DNA from: Hormiphora californensis
Taxonomy: Eukaryota; Animalia; Ctenophora
Reading direction: 5' to 3'
NCBI GenBank assembly: GCA_020137815.1
Contig: CM035358.1
Coordinates: 7,192,001-7,256,000, forward strand
DNA length: 64,000 bases
The translations under genes and the position numbers were made by a program. Shown piece by piece: positions 1 to 13,600 of this stretch. The notes beneath the pieces are model-generated. The model was given only the letters and a program-made list of their open reading frames with translations, was not told the origin of the DNA and did no database searches. Each line of letters opens with the position of its first letter. Positions within the stretch are counted from its first letter, which is position 1.

Positions 1-251
1 GTCGAACAAGGTTTGCAATGTATTCCTCTTCTTCGGAGGACAGAAAGGAGGACTCAGGTGAAAAGATAGGCTCAGCAGCTGCACACTCATTACGTGTTAT
101 GTAAACAGGGGGAGAGATTTGCAGGCTTTCACTCAACTGAAATTCGGCTTTGTTACACAATATGCTTCACAACATGGTACGCTTAAAAAGTAATATTATC
201 ATACATATAGACTGGTGACATAACAAATAACTTACCATAACAAATAAAGAG

Positions 252-1330
252 TTAAGACTGAATGACATCATAACTTACCAGTGACGTCAATGCAGTGGAT
301 GGTATGTTAAGATGCTCCTTTTTTGGAGGGCTCACTAGTGGAGGCAGTGAAATCTTGGACTCTCCCCGTTTCATAGGGAATTTCACCATCCCACTCTCTT
401 TTGATGCAATACGCAGCAATCTCTTCCCGTGCTCTTCAGCGTTAGATTCATCTCTCCTTTGTGACACAGTTTTGGTAGGTAGGTTCATCGCTTTCTGGAA
501 GTCTTCTATCGAGGCCTGTCTGGTTGTGTGGCCGTTAGTAATGGCCGGCAAACTGAACTCCTTCTTCGCAGGTTCCTCATCCTCTGTTATCTTCCCAAGG
601 ATATCCAGGAATATGTTTGAAGACCTCTTGGATTTGTGATCCAACTTCCTGTTCATTCTCTTGATGCGTTTAGCAAGTTCAGGAATGAGGGGCATCATCG
701 GAGCGTTCTTGGGCGGCTTTACAACCACATCACCCAGACTTCCTGAAGAGAGAGGGGTTTGTGATGATGAGTTTTAGGAATAAAGGGCGTTATGCCTCAG
801 CTGCCGATATGCCGGCACCACTAGTGGCGGGCAAACAAGTCAGTATAGGAATAACGCCCTGCCACCGAGTCTATCACAAAACTCACGGCGTTTTTTGACG
901 ACATTTATCCAGTTATCCTGCAGGGATAGTTTCTTCCTGTGAAGTTGTTCTAGCTGCTGATTGAATTCCATACGTTTTGCTTGTAGATTCTCCTGGTCAT
1001 CTCGTAGGAACGAAGAACGGGTGAGGGCTGAGAGGATAGAGACTATAAGTTAGCTGGGAGGATGGGGATATATTAAAACAACTATAGAGACTATAAATTA
1101 GCTGCGTTTTAGCAAACAACGATAAGTCGATTAAAGTGTCATGTTATGATCTACAAACTGGACTGAGTGTGGTAAATCTAAATGCACCTACACGCATAAG
1201 ATCCAATGAGGGCGATCTCCTCCTCCACTCGTAACTCCCTGTGTTTTATCGCCTTGGTCAACTGTCGGTGAGCGTTCATTAGCTCATCATATGTCAAACC
1301 ACGGAAAAATTTCTGCTGATCTTCCTCCAT
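252..1330 (-). CDS. Uncharacterised coiled-coil/basic protein (spliced; may continue past the window start)
   Basis: Phase-consistent GT-AG exons 1192-1330 (MEEDQQKFFRGLTYDELMNAHRQL...), 887-1027 (SLTRSSFLRDDQENLQAKRMEFNQQLEQL...) and 742 down to 252 or 279 (matches ORF 252..728). A GTAAGT donor at 278 suggests more exons beyond base 1. No family recognised. Confidence 0.65.
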
Positions 1331-1851
1331 GATACTTCCCACAAAACAACAAACTAGATAACACTACGAACTATTATATATAGTTATATATGTTATATAT
1401 AACGTACTGATACAAATACTACAAAGTATGATCTAGAGCTCTGGCCTCATCTCACACACAAGTGTGTGGGTGGTGGTAACTATTTAAATGCGCCCTCTGT
1501 GTTATACCCTCTCGTGTGCTGGCCCCCTCCCCCTCCCTCATGTTCTGGCCCCCTCCCTCCCTCCCTTCCTCCCTCTGGTAGAGATTAGTGGTGTGTTCTT
1601 ACCACAGCGACAAGCACAGAATTAACATGTTGCACGTTAAATAGAGGCTGCCGCCCCAGAAATGGTGGGTATGAAATTAATATTTTCATGTAAATGGTAT
1701 GTTGATAAGTGTGGGAAACTAGTTGAGAACGTAGCGCCTTGGATTTCCATGGTCAATTTCAATCAAGCAATGCACTTAAGCAATGCACTTAAGCAATGCC
1801 TTGATGTTGTTCATGTTAGTTAATCATTCAGTGTATTATCGGTTATCATAC

Positions 1852-4800
1852 CTTGAAAATTTCATTATTTTCAGCCATCTCTCTGCGATTGAATAGTTTT
1901 GGAATTTCTCTCTTCCCAGTGGGAAGGGGGAGGCTTGTTGAAAAGATCGGTCTAAAACCGTTGTTTTCCTTTTTGCCCTTTACAGACACTCTCCGTTCCA
2001 GAGTTTCTGAAAAAAAATTCATTAGATCAATTCATGGTTTAGTTGTCATGGTAACGTTATACGTTGTCATGCATGGTTTTAGCTAAATCAGCTGGTTCTA
2101 CAATTTTCCCTGCAACTGCTAGAGTTCAATTCTCAGCTGTCAGAGCATTGGCCTGTCGGCCTGACCCTATTCTGATTTCTTCAAATGAGCGCATGAGAAC
2201 TGTGGTCAGAGTATTGGCCTGACAGACTCTCAGGGTTCTACAACTTTTACCTTTCACTTTTGATGGCCTGAACCCTTTCCTATCCCTTTCTTGTAATAAT
2301 GATGACGCAGGCAATGAAACGTGCAAGTCTCTGAAAAATGTGTTTCAGTTAATATTTACATGAGAGGGCAGTAGGGTTATCTATTTGCGCAACGAAAGTC
2401 ATACTGGAATGTTCGGGCGTCCAGCATGATGACCAGGGGACTTAAGGGTACACCTGGCGTTTTTCATCATCGAGTGCCCAACCAAATGACTTCACCAGGG
2501 TTTAGGCCATACAAAATGGACCTCAAATATGCAATTTTAGCCCTAAAGTCGAATTCATATTTTTGCTACAGCCTATTTTCAAAGTGGCGTTTTTTCAATT
2601 TTTGTTGAAATTTTTAACCTCAGGACCACTTTTTTTGAGATAGAAACATTAAATTCTTGGAATTTGAAGAGAATATAAAGGTGAATAAGCCCAAAGAAGG
2701 ATTTTTGAAATGGAGCTTATTTCTGGCCATGAGAACGGTTTACTTTTTTGCTTCTTTGACACGCTGGCTGAGAATGTTCCCATGCTTCATTAGAGATGAA
2801 AATCTGGAAATAGTTGCTCAAAACGATTATCTATGTGGCCCAAAAATTTTGGAACTTTCCCGCCAAAGATGTGGTGTACAGAGCTTTTTTTGTGAAACCT
2901 GTCTTTTTGAAAAAGAGGGAAATTCCCTGTATCTCAAAAACGGATGATCATAGAGACCTGGGACCAAGCTTAATCGATTCAGAAGGTCCGATTTTGGGGG
3001 GGTCTTCTGAGAGACATTTTGCTCCTACTCCAACCGATTTTGCTGTAATTGCAAAAAACTAATTCTATGAAAAGGGGAAACAACTCTATTCCAGTAGCCT
3101 GCTTCGGGCTGATTTCCCCCTTACTTGCTGATACCTTTTTCGCAATTACAGCAAAAACGGTTGGAGTAGGAGCAAAATGTCTCTCAGAAGACCCCCCCAA
3201 AATCGGACCTTCTGAATCGATTAAGCTTGGTCCCAGGTCTCTACGATCATCCGTTTTTGAGATACAGGGAATTTCCCTCTTTTTCAAAAAGACAGGTTTC
3301 ACAAAAAAAGCTCTGTACACCACATCTTTGGCGGGAAAGTTCCAAAATTTTTGGGCCACATAGATAATCGTTTTGAGCAACTATTTCCAGATTTTCATCT
3401 CTAATGAAGCATGGGAACATTCTCAGCCAGCGTGTCAAAGAAGCAAAAAAGTAAACCGTTCTCATGGCCAGAAATAAGCTCCATTTCAAAAATCCTTCTT
3501 TGGGCTTATTCACCTTTATATTCTCTTCAAATTCCAAGAATTTAATGTTTCTATCTCAAAAAAAGTGGTCCTGAGGTTAAAAATTTCAACAAAAATTGAA
3601 AAAACGCACTTTGAAAATAGGCTGTAGCAAAAATATGAATTCGACTTTAGGGCTAAAATTGCATATTTGAGGTCCATTTTGTATGGCCTAAACCCTGGTG
3701 AAGTCATTTGGTTGGGCACTCGATGATGAAAAACGCCAGGTGTACCCTTAAGGGGTTCAGAGAATCACTTGCGCGTAGGCAGCAACCCTATGGGCGAGGC
3801 GTACGGGCCGATAGTTAATAATAGTTTTTAAAAGTTAATAAAAGTTATAAAAAGTTAAAAATGCGCGGCACCCTGAAAAGCCGAAAAAAATTAAATTTTT
3901 CAGGGTTCCGCGCATTTTTAACTTTTTATAACTTTTATTAACTTTTAAAAACTTTAAAAAACTATTATTAACTATCGGCCCGTACGGCTCGCCCACAGGG
4001 TTGCTGCCTGCGCGCATATGATTCTCTGAATCCATTTAGACCCCCGGTCCTCATGCTGGACGCCCGAAGTCTCGAAAAGCCAATTCCAAAGATCGATAAC
4101 CCTAGAGGGCAGTCTTTGTCTTAAGGGTACGCTAACCAAAAATTTTTTTCGAGTGCAGGGAAATCTCTCACCGTAGGGTTGTAGGCCATACCAAGGAGAC
4201 CTCAAATATGCAATTTGAGCTCTCAAGTCGAATTCATATTTTTGCTACAGCTGCTTGAAAAATGAACTGAAAATAAGTTTTTGGCATCTTAAAAATACAT
4301 TTGTAAAGATAGGAGCATGAAAATTTGGGGATTTGAAGAGGACATGAAGGTGAATAACCACAAAAATTTTTTTTGCAATCCGAGCTGATTTCCGGTCCTG
4401 AGATGGATTTCTTTTTTTCCACTTTAACGCCCTATTTGGCAAAGTTCCGAAAACATGTGAAAGCTGTAAATTGGTGAAAAGTTGCGTCTAACGATTATCT
4501 AAGTGGCCATAAATTTTGGGCGTGTCCTTATTTGAGATAAGCTGTACAGAGTTTTTTTTGTGAAAGCCGTCATTTTAGAAATAAATAAATTCCCTGTATC
4601 TTAAAAACGGCTGATCGTAGAGACCTGAGACTATGCTTAAACGATTCAGAAGGTCCGATTTTGGGGGGGTCTTCTGAGAGACATTTTGCTCCTACTTCAA
4701 CCGTTTTTGCTGTAATTGCGAAAAACAAATTCTATGAAAAGGGCAAAAGCTAAACTCCAATATCCTGTAATTAGGGAATTTTGGCTAAGAAAGGACCGAA

Positions 4801-7593
4801 ACTATGGAAAAATGTGTAACAATCTAATTCCTTCACTATTTGGTCCATATGGGTCCCTATAATCACCAAAAACAAAATCACAAAAAATCCACGATGGCGA
4901 AGATGGATTTTTGTTTTTCGCAATTACAGCAAAAACGGTTGAAGTAGGAGCAAAATGTCTCTCAGAAGACCCCCCCAAAATCGGACCTTCTGAATCGTTT
5001 AAGCATAGTCTCAGGTCTCTACGATCAGCCGTTTTTGAGATACAGGGAATTTATTTATTTCTGAAATGACGGCTTTCACAAAAAAACTCTGTACAGCTTA
5101 TCTCAAATAAGGACACGCCCAAAATTTATGGCCACTTAGATAATCGTTAGACGCAACTTTTCACCAATTTACAGCTTTCACATGTTTTCGGAACTTTGCC
5201 AAATAGGGCGTTAAAGTGGAAAAAAAGAAATCCATCTCAGGACCGGAAATCAGCTCGGATTGCAAAAAAAATTTTTGTGGTTATTCACCTTCATGTCCTC
5301 TTCAAATCCCCAAATTTTCATGCTCCTATTTTTAAAAAAAAATTTTTGAGATGCCAAAAACGTATTTACAGGACATTTTTTAAACAGCTGTAGCAAAAAT
5401 ATGAATTCGACTTAAGGGCTAAAATTGCATATTTGAGGTCTCCTTGGTATGGCCTACAACCCTACGGTGAGAGATTTCCCTGCACTCGAAAAAAAATTTT
5501 GGTTAGCGTACCCTTAATCTTTACATGAAAGGGCAGTCTTTGTCTTGCTAGACCCTGTTTCCCAAGACAGGTTTTAATTATGAGACAAGCTATAGTGGTT
5601 CTCCCCCTAAGTGTTATGACCACATGACCACATGATACTCTAGCTCACAGCTGCTTTATATTTACCCGATGCTATCAATGAGTTCCTCTTGTTTCGCTAG
5701 GATTTCATCATCACTCATTTTACAGAGCTGCTTCGTTGTTTCCTTCCACCTGCAAGTTAATAGGGCTGGTTACCATAGCAACAGGTATAAGGGTCATGGT
5801 TACCATAGTAACAAGTATAAGGTACATGGTTACCATAGTAACAAGTATAAGGGTCATGGTTACCATAGCAACAAGTATAAGGGTCATGGTTACCATAGCA
5901 ACAAGTATAAGGGTCATGGTTACCATAGCAACAAGTATAAGGGTCATGGTTACCATAGCAACAAGTATAAGGTACATGGTTACCATAGCAACAAGTATAA
6001 GGGTCATGGTTACCATAGTAACAAGTATAAGGGTCATGGTTACCATGGTTACCACACTTTACTACCTCCTGGCTCCTACTAATGGCCTGTTATACAAGTG
6101 GACATGACCCGCTCCCGTCATTACCAGTGGTAATACATACCACGTGTTGTGGTGATTTTAGAATTGTTTCTAAACTGGAAAACCATTATAATCGTATGAA
6201 CTATAATAGTAGTAATTAAGGGGCATGAATTTACTTGGGCATGAACATATCCATTGCAGTTTTGGCTGAGAAGTGTAGAGCTTTATGTTCCGTCTTGCTA
6301 AGTACCATCCCCGGCCTCCTACTTCTCTTTCTCGTTTTACCAGCCTTGGTAGGTTCAGTCCTGTAATCTAAACATGTTTGTGTGAGAGCGGAATACATTG
6401 TCATGGTTACCATGGTTACCACACCTTGGTAGGTTCAGTCCTGTAATCTAAACATGTGAGAGCGGAATACATTGTCATGGTTACCATGGTTACCACACCT
6501 TGGTAGGTTCAGTCCTGTAATCTAAACATGTTTGTGTGAGAGCGGAATACATTGTCATGGTTACCATGGTTACCACACCTTGGTAGGTTCAGTCCTGTAA
6601 TCTAAACATGTGAGAGCGGAATACATTGTCATGGTTACCATGGTTACCACACCTTGGTAGGTTCAGTCCTGTAATCTAAACATGTTTGTGTGAGAGCGGA
6701 ATACAGATCTGTCTGATCAAGGATGTCTGAATGGACCCGCCGGATAAGGGGTCAGGAAACTGCTCCCGCACATGCAATTTATGCTGGGCGCGCAACGGAT
6801 GAATTATACGTACCAGTGTTTTACCTTTGAATGTACTAGTACAATAAGTTACCGGTATTAATTACCTTTGAATGTACTATTATTATAAGTTACCAGTCTT
6901 TTACCTTTGAATGCCAGATATGATTCCATGTTGAGGACAGTTCCCAAGTTAGCCTCAGGATCAGTGTTTTTCAAAGAATCTGATGCTAGTTTCAGCCTCT
7001 TCATGTAGGTCCCTCCCATACCAGCTCTCTTCTTAGCAACAACCTGAATTGGAATAGATAAAGATAGGACATTTCATTATCAATACCTTCGAATGATGCT
7101 AGACACTCTGAATAACTAACTGACAATTTCACTAACTAATTGTTGAGCACATTAGCAGGAGATACATAAGAAGTCCTAGCCTACTAGAAGTCCTAGTCCG
7201 TCCAATTACGAGTAGTATGACTTCATGATATAGCAGATGACATACATTTAAACACTGCATTCGGAAGATTCATTGAAGTTTGAACACGCGTCTAGACTCT
7301 AGACAGGATGATCAGATACCACATACAGCAGCGTACTACAGAACACACACAAAAAGGGAATTAATTGCGTTCTACTACCGACTGTGTTTTACACATGTTT
7401 CAATAAAGAAAGGTCCTCTCTCACATCTTGGGACCACTTGTTATGTCTAGCTAGGCAAGGGACCACCAGGTACGGGCCATTGTAGAGAGAGTGAAAATAA
7501 CAACTTCACGTGCAAAATAACAGCGCCATTTTAAAACTACCCCCTTTTTTACACATGTGGTAGACCCCTTTCAGGGACCCTACATATACGATC

Positions 7594-7625
<32 letters not shown>

Positions 7626-10600
7626 CTTCCTCTGTGCGGCATATTCCCCTTTCTTGGTAATAGACCATCTCTGTTGGTGTTACACTAGAAAGTAACAGCT
7701 CTCAACGCTGACCCTTGTTTGACCCCAGTTTTTCTCAACCGGCACTGTCTGACTCACTTAATCACTAGTGTATGTTAACAATCTCGATAACATGCAGAGC
7801 AGTTTTGTCAAACAAAGTTAATGTCGTGGTTTCGGGCACGGCCTCTAGACTGCGCCGTAGGGCACCTGTGATAGGTTTCAGACAGACTGACGAACTGGAG
7901 GGGGTAGCAAACAGGGAAGGGTACCCCGCCTAGCCAAGATCCTCTGGCCCTGGAGCGAGATCTCGGTAGGAGGGAAAAGTGAATGATAGGGGGTTGGGGA
8001 GGGGAGGGGATGGAACTAAGGGAGGGGAAGAGGTTGTGCTAGTTCCCGGTTGTTAGACATTTATAAACAATCTTATGTCTATATTGTCCTACAACCCGGA
8101 ACTGATGCAGGGATAAAACAGGGGTAAAATGATATTGAGTGAGATTGATCGTGAGGGCAAAGGTTAATACTATGGCATGGGTTGAGTGCGTGATGCCGCT
8201 AGGTCCAAATTTTACATGAGATACTGTTCTAGTGAATGGGTAGGAAGATTCAGATTCGCCCAATCGCTAGCCAGCCAATCGATACTCGATAGCCAACCGC
8301 CCAACCAGGTGATAAAGTGGTATGTTGGTGTACCGTGTATTCCAATCCACGCGGGAAGGGGCGGGAACTTCCCACTCCCCTCCGGGTAGATTAGAATGTA
8401 CCCATGTGCGAGAGCTGAGAGAGAGTGAAAGAGAGAAGGCAAGAGACGGAAGAGGGCTGAGAGGCCAAGAAGGGGATAGTAATTACAAAATAATATAAAC
8501 AAGAACTGGAAATACTGCCAAAGTGTAAATACAAGAGATTGAGGCCTGGGAAATCCCCGGGGTCCAACAGAGAGAGAAGAGAGAGAGAGAGAGAAAGGAA
8601 AAGAGAGAGAGAAGAAGAGGGGAAGAGAAGGAAAAGAGAGGGGAGGAGAAGAGAAGAGAAGAGGAGAGAGGAGCTAATTCAATTTTCTTCTCTATTACTC
8701 GCAGATCGCCCTTTCATAAGTATAGATCTCTTCTATCTCTCTCTCCTCTCCTCTATCCTCCTCTTATCTCTCTCTGCTCTCTCTCTCTCTCGGGTCTCCC
8801 CTCTCTCTCTCTCTCTCTCCTCCTCTTCTCTCGCTCTTCTCTCCTCTCCTCTTCCCTTTTCCTCTACTCTTTTTTCCCCCTCCCCCTTTTCACTGAAACT
8901 TGGGAATGACTTTGCTTTTTGGAGCTTTAATTACTTTTATTAAGTCCTTCAAATACTTTGGTGAAATTAGCGAGTGAACTCACCTCCTTATCGACATGCC
9001 CTGCAAATGAACTCCCTAGCAATAAGGGGTGTTAAGATATGTGATTATTATCGGTTTTCATGTCTTACCCTTGGTCGACCTGATTGGAATGGTATGGCTG
9101 ATTTGTGTACCAGTACAGGACCTGGGCGAGAGAGCGGCGACAAACAATCACGCCGAACCCACAAACTAAGAAGCAAACCCATCCAATCCCTGCTATACAC
9201 TACAGAACTAAGAACAAGGACCACCCACCCCTTCTCCCTTATTAGGGAGAACAAAACAGCCCTGATACGGGCAACACAAGCGGACCTATAAAAAACTAGG
9301 GGATCAGAAACCCTAGAACCGCACCCTCTCATCCCACAGAAAACTCTGCCAGGTCCTGAAATGAGTGCATGGTCTTACCCTTCCTTGAGCAGAAAACGTG
9401 CCCTGAAACATGTTGCCTAGAAAAGCTAGAACTAGGTATTAATAACAATACCGAGCCGGCTCTACAAAAACCCGCTGGGAAGTGTGACCGCCCTCCTACA
9501 TCATATACCACCACACACCAGCACAAGAAGGCTAGGGTCATCCGGAAATAAAGCTTTGATATTAGGGTACTACTAGGTTCTCAACCGGGTGGGGGGGGGT
9601 CAACCAGTAGTGGATAATAATATGAATGATAATAGTAATACAATGCAACATGACACAAAACGTATAACCAAAATGAGGGACAGCATACATGACGAAACCT
9701 AGAGAGACAAACATGACAATAATCAGCAGACTGACAACAACGTGACAAGTTTATCTGTTTTGATGCGATGGTTGCTTGTAGATCGATTTTGCCAGCTTTA
9801 CAGGAGGTTGGGTTGGTGTCCTCGTTGAAATACACACACACACTTTTCTCTCACACTATGTAATGTGTGATACTCTCTCAAATGTAAACAAATTTCAATA
9901 AAGGGGGTAGAGGTCCTTCCCGTGCAACGTAACAAAAAGTGGCAGTGAAAAGTATACGATCACTTGTCAGCTGAATTAAACTATTACAGTTGCAGTAGTA
10001 CATTAGTATAATTACCCTAATTAATTAGTTATTACCCTTCTGCGTCGCTTCCTCAGTAGTCTATTCTCTGGTTTTGAGTCCCTCTTCTCAGGATCCCCAG
10101 TTCCTCCTGTAAAGACTCGTTCCAACTTCCTTAGTCTCCTGTTGCTGTCTGTTTTGGATATCTTGGCCAGATATCGCTCTTGTTTCTTCTCGTACAGCTG
10201 GACAGGAAATATGTTGTAATTTTATTAAGCTGCTTCCGTTGGTGAATTTGTTTTCTCTTTCAAGATCACATAGCTTAGCGAACCTAGCTGTCAGAGCATT
10301 GGCCTGACTTATATGAGATAGGCAAACCTGATATTCAGTCATAGCAAGACGTTCCATGCTATCAATTACCTGATATTCAGTCATAGCAAGACGTTCCATG
10401 CTATCAATTACCTGATATTCAGTCATAGCAAGACGTTCCATGCTATCAATTACCTGATATTCAGTCATAGCAAGACGTTCCATGCTATCAATTACCTGAT
10501 ATTCAGTCATAGCAAGACGTTCCATGCTATCAATTACCTGATATTCAGTCATAGCAAGACGTTCCATGCTATCAATTACCTGATATTCAGTCATAGCAAG

Positions 10601-13600
10601 ACGTTCCATGCTATCAATTACCTGATATTCAGTCATAGCAAGACGTTCCATGCTATCAATTACCTGATATTCAGTCATAGCAAGACGTTCCATGCTATCA
10701 ATTACCTGATATTCAGTCATAGCAAGACGTTCCATGCTATCAATTACCTGATATTCAGTCATAGCAAGACGTTCCATGCTATCAATTACCTGATATTCAG
10801 TCATAGCAAGACGTTCCATGCTATCAATTACCTGATATTCAGTCATAGCAAGACGTTCCATGCTATCAATTACCTGATATTCAGTCATAGCAAGACGTTC
10901 CATGCTATCAATTACCTGATATTCAGTCATAGCAAGACGTTCCATGCTATCAATTACCTGATATTCAGTCATAGCAAGACGTTCCATGCTATCAATTACC
11001 TGATATTCAGTCATAGCAAGACGTTCCATGCTATCAATTACCTGATATTCAGTCATAGCAAGACGTTCCATGCTATCAATTACCTGATATTCAGTCATAG
11101 CAATTCCTGATATTCAGTCATAGCAAGGACGTTCCATGCTATCAATTACCTGATATTCAGTCCATAGCAAGACGTTCCATGCTATCAATTACCTGATATT
11201 CAGTCATAGCAAGACGTTCCATGCTATCAATTACCTGATATTCAGTCATAGCAAGACGTTCCATGCTATCAATTACCTGATATTCAGTCATAGCAAGACG
11301 TTCCATGCTATCAATTACCTGATATTCAGTCATAGCAAGACGTTCCATGCTATCAATTACCTGATATTCAGTCATAGCAAGACGTTCCATGCTATCAATT
11401 ACCTGATATTCAGTCATAGCAAGACGTTCCATGCTATCAATTACCTGATATTCAGTCATAGCAAGACGTTCCATGCTATCAATTACCTGATATTCAGTCA
11501 TAGCAAGACGTTCCATGCTATCAATTACCTGATATTCAGTCATAGCAAGACGTTCCATGCTATCAATTACCTGATATTCAGTCATAGCAAGACGTTCCAT
11601 GCTATCAATTACCTGATATTCAGTCATAGCAAGACGTTCCATGCTATCAATTACCTGATATTCAGTCATAGCAAGACGTTCCATGCTATCAATTACCTGA
11701 TATTCAGTCATAGCAAGACGTTCCATGCTATCAATTACCTGATATTCAGTCATAGCAAGACGTTCCATGCTATCAATTACCTGATATTCAGTCATAGCAA
11801 GACGTTCCATGCTATCAATTACCTGATATTCAGTCATAGCAAGACGTTCCATGCTATCAATTACCTGATATTCAGTCATAGCAAGACGTTCCATGCTATC
11901 AATTACCTGATATTCAGTCATAGCAAGACGTTCCATGCTATCAATTACCTGATATTCAGTCATAGCAAGACGTTCCATGCTATCAATTACCTGATATTCA
12001 GTCATAGCAAGACGTTCCATGCTATCAATTACCTGATATTCAGTCATAGCAAGACGTTCCATGCTATCAATTACCTGATATTCAGTCATAGCAAGACGTT
12101 CCATGCTATCAATTACCTGATATTCAGTCATAGCAAGACGTTCCATGCTATCAATTACCTGATATTCAGTCATAGCAAGACGTTCCATGCTATCAATTAC
12201 CTGATATTCAGTCATAGCAAGACGTTCCATGCTATCAATTACCTGATATTCAGTCATAGCAAGACGTTCCATGCTATCAATTACCTGATATTCAGTCATA
12301 GCAAGACGTTCCATGCTATCAATTACCTGATATTCAGTCATAGCAAGACGTTCCATGCTATCAATTACCTGATATTCAGTCATAGCAAGACGTTCCATGC
12401 TATCAATTACCTGATATTCAGTCATAGCAAGACGTTCCATGCTATCAATTACCTGATATTCAGTCATAGCAAGACGTTCCATGCTATCAATTACCTGATA
12501 TTCAGTCATAGCAAGACGTTCCATGCTATCAATTACCTGATATTCAGTCATAGCAAGACGTTCCATGCTATCAATTACCTGATATTCAGTCATAGCAAGA
12601 CGTTCCATGCTATCAATTACCTGATATTCAGTCATAGCAAGACGTTCCATGCTATCAATTACCTGATATTCAGTCATAGCAAGACGTTCCATGCTATCAA
12701 TTACCTGATATTCAGTCATAGCAAGACGTTCCATGCTATCAATTACCTGATATTCAGTCATAGCAAGACGTTCCATGCTATCAATTACCTGATATTCAGT
12801 CATAGCAAGACGTTCCATGCTATCAATTACCTGATATTCAGTCATAGCAAGACGTTCCATGCTATCAATTACCTGATATTCAGTCATAGCAAGACGTTCC
12901 ATGCTATCAATTACCTGATATTCAGTCATAGCAAGACGTTCCATGCTATCAATTACCTGATATTCAGTCATAGCAAGACGTTCCATGCTATCAATTACCT
13001 GATATTCAGTCATAGCAAGACGTTCCATGCTATCAATTACCTGATATTCAGTCATAGCAAGACGTTCCATGCTATCAATTACCTGATATTCAGTCATAGC
13101 AAGACGTTCCATGCTATCAATTACCTGATATTCAGTCATAGCAAGACGTTCCATGCTATCAATTACCTGATATTCAGTCATAGCAAGACGTTCCATGCTA
13201 TCAATTACCTGATATTCAGTCATAGCAAGACGTTCCATGCTATCAATTACCTGATATTCAGTCATAGCAAGACGTTCCATGCTATCAATTACCTGATATT
13301 CAGTCATAGCAAGACGTTCCATGCTATCAATTACCTGATATTCAGTCATAGCAAGACGTTCCATGCTATCAATTACCTGATATTCAGTCATAGCAAGACG
13401 TTCCATGCTATCAATTACCTGATATTCAGTCATAGCAAGACGTTCCATGCTATCAATTACCTGATATTCAGTCATAGCAAGACGTTCCATGCTATCAATT
13501 ACCTGATATTCAGTCATAGCAAGACGTTCCATGCTATCAATTACCTGGTATTCAGTCATAGCAAGACGTTCCATGCTATCAATTACCTGATATTCAGTCA

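Noticed and set aside
2657-3537. Pairs of identical ORFs on opposite strands (also at 4.2-5.4, 43.4-44.6, 47.8-48.9 and 50.9-51.5 kb)
   Set aside because: Mirror images from MITE inverted arms; no transposase motifs.
5669-6107. His/Gly/Tyr/Lys-rich repeat ORF (GHGYHSNKYK)n
   Set aside because: 30-bp intronic minisatellite antisense to a supported gene; open in several frames by chance.
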